Positions 55,099-61,749 of a stretch of 61,749 nt of DNA are shown piece by piece. The DNA comes from Candidatus Falkowbacteria bacterium. Its GTDB lineage: Bacteria > Patescibacteriota > Patescibacteriia > Patescibacteriales > UBA12465. The notes beneath the pieces were generated by a model. It was given only the letters and a program-made list of their open reading frames with translations, was not told the DNA's origin and searched no databases. How positions within the stretch are numbered: position 1 is the first letter of the stretch; every line of letters starts with the position of its first letter. The stretch is from NCBI GenBank assembly GCA_009995495.1, contig JAACPL010000005.1, forward strand, positions 1 to 61,749, in the 5' to 3' direction. A program made the translations under genes and the position numbers.

Positions 55099-57531
55099 CT
55101 AAGATCGATACTTCCTCAATACTTCAGCATTATTTATCATCACTTTCTGAAATTTATCGGTAGCACTCTTTACTTCTTCTACCGCCCGATCTCTTTCGGC
55201 GATAATTGCTACTTCTGATTCCGGGAGGCTTGATTGTTCAATCTTCAGCTCATTAAGTCTTGCTTCTAAACGAGCAGGTAGTTCTTCAATTTTCATCTCC
55301 TGACCGTCTAAAATATCGCCAGACTTAAAAGGAAGAAAGAAACTTTTAACGCTTGAGGCGTGTAAAAAATTTAAACGAGTCTGATCGTATTTTTTATATT
55401 CAGCATCATTATCATTTTTCTTCTGGCGGTGGTCTTTCATTTCAGCAATTTCTTCTTCAGTTATTCCAAGACTTTTTAAATTTGCTTCATTAAGGGGCTT
55501 ATCATTTTTAAAATCTTCAAAAACTTGCCACTGATCATTAAGAGTTTTTAATTTTCCTTCTCGGCCGAAAGCAATTATTTGTCTTTTTAAAGATCCTGCG
55601 GCTTTATCTCTTTCAGTTTTTTTATTATTAGCATATTCTTCAATAGCGGCTTTAATAGGCTTTCCGGCTTCAGATATTCTTTTATATTCTTCATCCGCAC
55701 TTAAATCCTTAATTATAGTATCATTAAATCCGCTGCTATATCCGCTCTGTTTTATATTAAGCCTAATTTTACGATTTGCAAATTCCGGAGTATTAAGTAA
55801 TTCACTGTTTTTTAGATTTTTTAGAGAATACTCAATTTCCATGGCCAGTTTTTTTCTATAACCAGCTAAAGTTAATAAATCTCGATGTTTTTCTGAAAAA
55901 TATCTTTCCCAATCCTGGGCAAAGCGAGAATCAACGGCAGCCGCACTAATTTCCGCTAATTTCTTTTTTTCTTTCTCCCAAACATCATTGAATCCTCTTG
56001 CTTTTGATAAAGATTCATAAAAACCGCCGTTTCTATTAATAAACTCAGCAGGGACATCTAGATTTGGTGATGGGATTTCTTTTGTTAAACCAATTTCTTC
56101 ACGTAGCTCTTTGTCACGTTTAACACGTGATAGTATGGAAGTTTCTTTTTTTGAGCTATCAACAAATACCGTGTTTTCATGTGAGTTATCAACGAATACC
56201 GTGTTTTTATCAGTATTATTTTTTATATACTCTAAAAACTTGTTAAATTTAACAAATTTTGCCTGAAAATATTCCGGGGAACTAATTCTATCTCTATTAT
56301 TACTAGTAAAATCTTTGTTAGACGCTTTTTGAGCGCTAATTTCAAAGCTCTTAGTTAAATTATCATAATCACCTAATTCAGCTGCCATTGAAGCCGCATG
56401 TTGTAAATAGTTCTCAGCGACAATTCGCTTATCACTCCAGCCTCCTCCTTGCTTGGTGTTATAACTATTACTCCCTCTCGCATAAAGACCATATTGATTT
56501 ATACGATTATAGACACTTTCATTTTCTGTTAAGATTTTTTCTAAATGATCTAATGTCTCCTTGTGTAATTTATTAAATTTATTAAGGTCTTCATAATTAT
56601 AACTTAAATCATTAAGTTTTTTTAAAGCTGGATAATTTTCAATCGCTAATTGTTCTGGGCTTTTATTATTATAAGAATCTCGATTTTTTAAACTTTTATT
56701 GTCCCAAGCGATTGAGTTTAATCTATTTTTTAGCTCATCATCATAAACTTCTTTAATTGTTTCAACGCCAATTTTTTCAGATAATTGACAGACCCTACTC
56801 TCAAAATAAAAGTTATCTACTTTATTAAAATCAACTGCTCGAAGTTTATTCTTAGGGTCATCTATTTTTAAGAGTTCCTCTTTTTTTCCTTCAGGGGTTG
56901 TTAAATAAACCTCTTCTTTTTTCTTGTTTAGTTCATCGATTTCGGTATCTAAAGTTTTTAAATATTCTTCAACTTGTAAAAAACTTTTCTCACGATTATT
57001 CATTTTTTCCCCCTCTTTAACTGTGGCAGAAAAATAAAGTTTAATTTCCGGCTTTTTAGTCAGTTCATCTATCGGCATTTCCGCTTGAAGATCTTTTTTT
57101 ATTTGCGCTAAAGTTCCAACTGCTTGATGAAGTTCTCCAGTTTCACCGGCTTCCCCATTTTCTTTAGCTGGGCCACGACCAGCAGCTTGGCGGTATTGTC
57201 TTACTTCCGGCTCATTAGCATTAGCTTCTAACATTTCTTCAAAATTTTCTATCCCCTCATCCTCAAGAATATCCTTATTTTCTTCGTAGGCACCTTTTAA
57301 AGTTGCTTTTTTGTTTTTAAAATTATCTAACTTTCTTTTAGCTTCGCCACCTCCACTGTAATTACTTCTCAAGGCTTCCTTGAGAGTAGTAATTCTTTGT
57401 TTTTTAGTTTGAATTTTTGTGATTTCTGCATTAATTTCCTCCATTGTTTGCAGTTTAGTATTTTTTTCCGCTTCTTTTTCACGTTGTTTTTTTTCAGCCT
57501 TCTTTTCACTTAATTTTTCAAGTAAAGACAT
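55099..57531 (-). CDS. large orphan Lys/Glu-rich coiled-coil protein (no signal peptide, no TM)
   Basis: 810 aa, an uninterrupted ORF with no motif I recognise. Contains the internal duplication NTVFVDNSHENTVFVDSS. Confidence 0.5.
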   Translation of the reverse strand: MSLLEKLSEKKAEKKQREKEAEKNTKLQTMEEINAEITKIQTKKQRITTLKEALRSNYSGGGEAKRKLDNFKNKKATLKGAYEENKDILEDEGIENFEEMLEANANEPEVRQYRQAAGRGPAKENGEAGETGELHQAVGTLAQIKKDLQAEMPIDELTKKPEIKLYFSATVKEGEKMNNREKSFLQVEEYLKTLDTEIDELNKKKEEVYLTTPEGKKEELLKIDDPKNKLRAVDFNKVDNFYFESRVCQLSEKIGVETIKEVYDDELKNRLNSIAWDNKSLKNRDSYNNKSPEQLAIENYPALKKLNDLSYNYEDLNKFNKLHKETLDHLEKILTENESVYNRINQYGLYARGSNSYNTKQGGGWSDKRIVAENYLQHAASMAAELGDYDNLTKSFEISAQKASNKDFTSNNRDRISSPEYFQAKFVKFNKFLEYIKNNTDKNTVFVDNSHENTVFVDSSKKETSILSRVKRDKELREEIGLTKEIPSPNLDVPAEFINRNGGFYESLSKARGFNDVWEKEKKKLAEISAAAVDSRFAQDWERYFSEKHRDLLTLAGYRKKLAMEIEYSLKNLKNSELLNTPEFANRKIRLNIKQSGYSSGFNDTIIKDLSADEEYKRISEAGKPIKAAIEEYANNKKTERDKAAGSLKRQIIAFGREGKLKTLNDQWQVFEDFKNDKPLNEANLKSLGITEEEIAEMKDHRQKKNDNDAEYKKYDQTRLNFLHASSVKSFFLPFKSGDILDGQEMKIEELPARLEARLNELKIEQSSLPESEVAIIAERDRAVEEVKSATDKFQKVMINNAEVLRKYRS

Positions 57532-57557
57532 ATTTTTATATTAAATTTTAATCTTAT

Positions 57558-59036
57558 TTAAAAGAGGATAACATTACCAGCCGCATTTCTTAATTGTACC
57601 ATAAAGTCAAAATCAAATAAAACAAGGGTGGCTATCAATATTAAAAGTAAAATAGTTTGGAAAATTACAGATTTATGCTGAACTCTAATACGCACTAAAA
57701 TACTAATTATCAATAAAATAATTAACACTAATAAAAACGTCGCATAAACCAATTTTGCGATATTCATCTTTCTAGCAGCCTTATCTACACCATTTTCTTT
57801 ATTAAGATCAACTAGTACCGGCTCAGTTGCTAAAACTGATTCCGATTCGATATAATCGTCGTAATAACTTTCAATAACCTGGGAAATCTCCTTAATCTCC
57901 TCAATCTCTTTATTTTCCTCAATATCTTTAATTTCCTCAATCTCTTCAATACCCTCAATATAAATAGGCTCAAAAGCAGTTACTAATGAATCTTCTTGGG
58001 ACTGACTTTCAGTCAAGTTTAAGATTGCAACTTCTTCGGTTTCAGTTTCAGGTTTAACTTCAATTTCCTCAGTTTTAGAGCCACTTAAACCAAGTATGGA
58101 AACATTAGGACTCTCTTTTCCAACCCTGGCTACAGGAGTTACAGTTGGAGTTGGAGTTGGAGTTGGAGTTGGAGTTGGAGGAGTTACGGTTGAGGCCACA
58201 ACATCCGTTACAACCTGATCCTCAATAATGTCTGGGGTTATTTGGGGCTCAGGCTCTAAAGGTTGCTTTTTATAAGCAAAAATTTCTACTAGTACATTTG
58301 TTTCCTGACCATTAATTTTACCACTAGCAATATATATACCAATATCAGTATATTTTTCATTTAAAATATTTTTTTTATGTGAAGCCGAGGCCATTAAAGC
58401 GGTATGAACATCACTGCTCGTAATAAAGTTCATGGCTAAATTTTCGCCTACCAGCATATAAGGATAATCACTACGATTAACAAAGTTCCAAGGTTTGCGT
58501 CCATCGGGACTAGTATGGGAAAAATAATCATTTATCAGCATGTCCTCCGCTTTTGTCTGGGCTGCCTGACTTAAGTATACATTTAATCTCAAGGCTGGGG
58601 CCCCATTAGCAACCCTAGATTCATTAGTAAGTATTAAAACTTGATCAACCATTGCCACTGACATCTCTGCTTTTTCCTGATAAATAGTAAATATATATAA
58701 GGCCAGGGAAACTTTAAGTACAAGTAAAAAAAAGGCAATGATTGTTAATTGTTTAGGGCGAAGAATCTTAGGACGATTATCATTTGATTCGGTAGGAATA
58801 AAATAATCTTTAAAAATTACTAATGAATCTTTAAAAAATTTAGAAAAACTTTCTTTTTTTTGGAATAACTCTTTTATTTCTCTTTTTTCTTCCCTGCTAA
58901 AATCTTCAAAATTATCTTTGATATATTTTTTATTTTCTTTAATATTCTGAAAAAACCCCAAAAGACGACTTAATAAAAGATTTTTTTTAAATAATTTTAG
59001 CCATTTTCGTATCATAAAACAATCTTGTTTATACAA
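57558..59036 (-). CDS. membrane protein with extracytoplasmic CAP/SCP (YkwD-like) domain, (PT)n linker and acidic repeats
   Basis: 492 aa. The TM at ~aa 98-118 is followed by the CAP domain (YFSHTSPDGRKPW...GENLA...HKKNILNEKYTDIGI), then PTPTPTPTPTPT, EIEEIKDIEEN repeats and two C-terminal TM helices. Confidence 0.65.
   Translation of the reverse strand: MYKQDCFMIRKWLKLFKKNLLLSRLLGFFQNIKENKKYIKDNFEDFSREEKREIKELFQKKESFSKFFKDSLVIFKDYFIPTESNDNRPKILRPKQLTIIAFFLLVLKVSLALYIFTIYQEKAEMSVAMVDQVLILTNESRVANGAPALRLNVYLSQAAQTKAEDMLINDYFSHTSPDGRKPWNFVNRSDYPYMLVGENLAMNFITSSDVHTALMASASHKKNILNEKYTDIGIYIASGKINGQETNVLVEIFAYKKQPLEPEPQITPDIIEDQVVTDVVASTVTPPTPTPTPTPTPTVTPVARVGKESPNVSILGLSGSKTEEIEVKPETETEEVAILNLTESQSQEDSLVTAFEPIYIEGIEEIEEIKDIEENKEIEEIKEISQVIESYYDDYIESESVLATEPVLVDLNKENGVDKAARKMNIAKLVYATFLLVLIILLIISILVRIRVQHKSVIFQTILLLILIATLVLFDFDFMVQLRNAAGNVILF
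58144..58179. repeat. hexanucleotide microsatellite (GTTGGA)6 encoding (PT)n
   Basis: Six perfect tandem units inside the CAP-domain gene. Confidence 0.9.
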
Positions 59037-59059
59037 AATTATAACATTCTTTTGCTGTT

Positions 59060-59734
59060 TTAGTCAATTTCAATAGCTTGCCATTCAATGCTGGTATTTT
59101 CAATATTTGTATTAGTAATTGGCTCAGATATGATAACTAATCTTTTTTCAGTTGAATAAATAGGATGACAAGTATACATTGTTAAAATAGCTTTATCACT
59201 CTTGTCGTGCGGACTAGAGTCAGAGGCCTCTACTATTTTTATTTCCTTAACTTGATAATAATAATCTTTTTCCTCCCAAATTAGAGAAAATATATCACCC
59301 ACTTCTAGCTTATGAAATAAATAGAAAGTTAAATTATTAGGAGGTAAATACCGAAAGCGATGACCAGTAATTATTGTATTTCCTCCTTTATCAGGAGTAG
59401 AGCCTTCGGGTAATAACCAGGCTCCCTTTGATAAAGCAAGCTCTCCATCTTCGCTTTTAATTATAGGAGCATTAACGCCAATTTTCGGAATTATTAAACG
59501 ATCGGGAGAAACAGAGAATTCACTAACTGGAAATTCTCTCTTTAAATCTTCAACCTGAGTTGTAACTTGCTTTAATTCTTTGGCGTTATTTTCAGCTTTA
59601 GCTTTTAGAATATATCTTAATTCGGGATAAAAAGGTAAAGATATTAAATATATAATTAAAAATAACAATAAAAACTCCAGTATAATAACTAGAGTCTTTA
59701 TTGTTTTATCTTTCTTAAAATATTTATTATTCAT
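59060..59734 (-). CDS. sortase (class E-like transpeptidase)
   Basis: 224 aa. N-terminal TM, catalytic His (TIITGHRF), Cys (LTMYTCHP) and Arg (EKRLVI). Confidence 0.8.
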   Translation of the reverse strand: MNNKYFKKDKTIKTLVIILEFLLLFLIIYLISLPFYPELRYILKAKAENNAKELKQVTTQVEDLKREFPVSEFSVSPDRLIIPKIGVNAPIIKSEDGELALSKGAWLLPEGSTPDKGGNTIITGHRFRYLPPNNLTFYLFHKLEVGDIFSLIWEEKDYYYQVKEIKIVEASDSSPHDKSDKAILTMYTCHPIYSTEKRLVIISEPITNTNIENTSIEWQAIEID

Positions 59735-61724
59735 CTAATAAGAAGAGCTTAATTGTTTTCTTAACCAAAATTGGTTTTCTTTTCCTATTCTTTAACAAGA
59801 ATATTCTGGCGCCAAAAATTAAAACAATTAAGCCGAGTAAGGCAATAAATTGCAAATTACTAAAGCCAGTTTCAGCTAATACTGCTATTTTTCTTACATC
59901 TAAATCCGTTTCCGAATTAACCTCATCGTGATTAGCGGAATAGACAGAAGCTTTAGCTATATAAGTTTTAGCCTCAGCTTCAGCGGAAACATTAACTTTT
60001 GTCATAATAACCTTAGTTTCGCCAACTCCTAGATCACCCAAATTCCACATTTTTGAAGCTAGACCTCCATCTTGAAAAGTAATATCTTCAGGTAATAAAC
60101 TATTTAAGACAGTTTCATATGAAGGCAAGCCACCATTATTTTTAACTATAATTCTATAATCAACTCCGGTAGCACCCGGGTTAGTAAAATTAACTAAGAA
60201 GTCTGAGTCTATAGTTATGGTTGGCGCTCCTTCTTCACCTAATACAATAACTTCACTTGATCCTGGTCCGCAAGACAATGTTTGAGTTAGAGGTTTTTCT
60301 TGGCCAACATTTTCAATTGAATTGTAAACAGAAATGGGACGGAAGTAATAAAAAGTATTAGGTTCTAAACCATTAACACTAACATTATGCCCTGTTACAT
60401 TATTAGAGTATAAGACAGTTGAGCTTGCATAATTGTAATTTGGAGCTAAGCCAATGTTGCCGGCGGCATGAGAATTTTTATCATATACTACCCGTGAAGT
60501 AGCTGGGTTTGTTGTTAACCAAGAAATATTCATATTTACTTTATCATTTACGCACATCATAGTAACTTGCGTATTACTAATAGCAAAGGATGTGACTCCG
60601 CTGCCACCACCTCCAGAATAAGTACCGCCGCCACCGCCACTACCACCACTACCACCACTGCCACCACCATTTATATTACAATTAGTAATAGCTATAGTTG
60701 AGGTCGCAGTTGCTATTACTGGAGTGCTGGTGCTAGTTGAAGTACTTGTTAAAGTTAAGGCAACATTATATGAGCCAGCTGCGGTATATGTATGACTAGG
60801 ATTTGCCTGGGTTGAAGTTGCATTATCACCAAAATTCCACATTAAATTATATCCACTTGTAGAGCTACTGGTATTAGTAAAATTAATTTCTACTCCAGAA
60901 CCAACATTTAGACATTGCAAACCAGCATAACTAAATGATGGAGCTAATTTTATAGGTTTATCTTCTTCCTCACCCCCGTTTCCGCCTCCGCCGCCATTTT
61001 CATCGTCATTCAATTTTAATCCGGCACAAATTGCATCTACACTATTTGGGCTCTTGGCGCCAGCAACAGTATTAAGATAGGCATGAATACCGGACACAGT
61101 TTTTACTCCAGTTAACTGTAAAGCAGTATTAACTTCTTCAGTTATCATCGCATAATTTATATTTTCTCCATCAGCTAAATCAGCATGAGGACTACTAGTA
61201 GCAACAACTAAACCATCTTCATCAAAGAAGATTAATTGATATTGTTCATTAAGTTGATTAGCTCCAGATCTACCATAATAGGCATCGTAAGCCTGTAAGG
61301 TGACAGAATAAGTACCATCAGCAACAAAGGAAGCATTATAGGCTGGGGTACTGGAAGCATAACCAGACGCACCACTACTAACTAGTTTTTTATTTTGCAA
61401 ATTAATTATATGATCATAATCATTTTCATCAAGAGTACAAACGGGGGTAGTAGCTTCTATGTGACATTTATTATTACAGGTGAAGCCTTCCTCATATCCA
61501 CCAAGAAATGTATTACCATCACATTGCTCTGTGCCCGCAGCTTGATTAATTATTCCATCACCACACATTGGTTCATCTTCACAAGCACTCGCCTCTTCAA
61601 CACTAAAAAACATGCCCAAATAAGACATGTTAAAAATGAAAATTAGCGTTATTAAAAAATGTAATGATCGGCGAAATTTTTTAAATATTTTTTTGTTATT
61701 TTCTAAGCCTTTGAATACATTCAT
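59727..61724 (-). CDS. LAETG-anchored surface protein (Cys-rich repeat, PKD domain, Gly-rich linkers, DUF11-like domain)
   Basis: 665 aa with a signal peptide. CGDGIINQAAGTEQCDG repeat and a PKD-like segment WNFGDNATSTQANPSHTYTAAGSYNVALT. C-terminal sorting signal LAETG, then a hydrophobic stretch, then KNRKRK. Overlaps the sortase gene by 8 nt. Confidence 0.75.
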   Translation of the reverse strand: MNVFKGLENNKKIFKKFRRSLHFLITLIFIFNMSYLGMFFSVEEASACEDEPMCGDGIINQAAGTEQCDGNTFLGGYEEGFTCNNKCHIEATTPVCTLDENDYDHIINLQNKKLVSSGASGYASSTPAYNASFVADGTYSVTLQAYDAYYGRSGANQLNEQYQLIFFDEDGLVVATSSPHADLADGENINYAMITEEVNTALQLTGVKTVSGIHAYLNTVAGAKSPNSVDAICAGLKLNDDENGGGGGNGGEEEDKPIKLAPSFSYAGLQCLNVGSGVEINFTNTSSSTSGYNLMWNFGDNATSTQANPSHTYTAAGSYNVALTLTSTSTSTSTPVIATATSTIAITNCNINGGGSGGSGGSGGGGGTYSGGGGSGVTSFAISNTQVTMMCVNDKVNMNISWLTTNPATSRVVYDKNSHAAGNIGLAPNYNYASSTVLYSNNVTGHNVSVNGLEPNTFYYFRPISVYNSIENVGQEKPLTQTLSCGPGSSEVIVLGEEGAPTITIDSDFLVNFTNPGATGVDYRIIVKNNGGLPSYETVLNSLLPEDITFQDGGLASKMWNLGDLGVGETKVIMTKVNVSAEAEAKTYIAKASVYSANHDEVNSETDLDVRKIAVLAETGFSNLQFIALLGLIVLIFGARIFLLKNRKRKPILVKKTIKLFLLDE

Positions 61725-61749
61725 AATTTTATAAATTAATATTTTTTAA

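Noticed and set aside
60595-60670. GC-rich repetitive DNA (ccgccaccacc...)
   Set aside because: It lies inside the LAETG protein ORF and encodes the in-frame Gly/Ser linker GGGSGGSGGSGGGGG. It is coding low complexity, not a separate element.

Overview
AT-rich, gene-dense bacterial fragment that uses the standard genetic code. TGA is a real stop here, for example in the ATGA-coupled zur/znuA and GT2/GT4 junctions. Spot counts of 60-nt lines give roughly 22-38% GC. Gene content suggests a Candidate Phyla Radiation / Patescibacteria (Parcubacteria-like) genome. This is an inference from content only; no rRNA or tRNA gene is in the window. Main blocks, in order: (1) 0.5-13.1 kb, a secretin-less type IV pilus locus (minor pilins, two tandem major pilins, pilC, pilB, pilO/N/M) interrupted by ybeY and a FemAB-family gene. 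(2) A TolB-like protein, comFC and a T-box-controlled thrS. (3) A RelE/DinJ-type toxin-antitoxin pair. (4) A complete F1Fo ATP synthase operon. (5) A heat-shock locus, hrcA-grpE-hsp20-dnaK-dnaJ, with one CIRCE operator. (6) PBP2 and a zur-znuACB operon. (7) A glycan-assembly cluster (GT-A, GT-C, polyprenyl-phosphate GT2, GT4, GT2, Wzm/Wzt-type ABC exporter). (8) A more GC-rich islet carrying a Cys-rich secreted protein, a FISUMP-domain lipoprotein and a decayed IS30 element. (9) An ECF sigma factor, small stress-type membrane proteins, an 810-aa orphan, a CAP-domain membrane protein and a sortase next to an LAETG surface-protein substrate. Items most worth a second look: a conserved ~105-nt long-hairpin element that occurs twice, right after the dnaJ and grpE stop codons; a DUF1653-GrpE fusion; Ala at position -1 in all five prepilins; a GT-C plus polyprenyl-P-GT plus ABC exporter envelope-glycan module; a GC-rich structured island upstream of stress genes; a GC-rich hairpin plus U-tract between atpE and atpF; and four interrupted reading frames between 38 and 53 kb (in-frame TGA, in-frame TAG, two poly-A frameshifts). 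No CRISPR array, rRNA or tRNA was seen.
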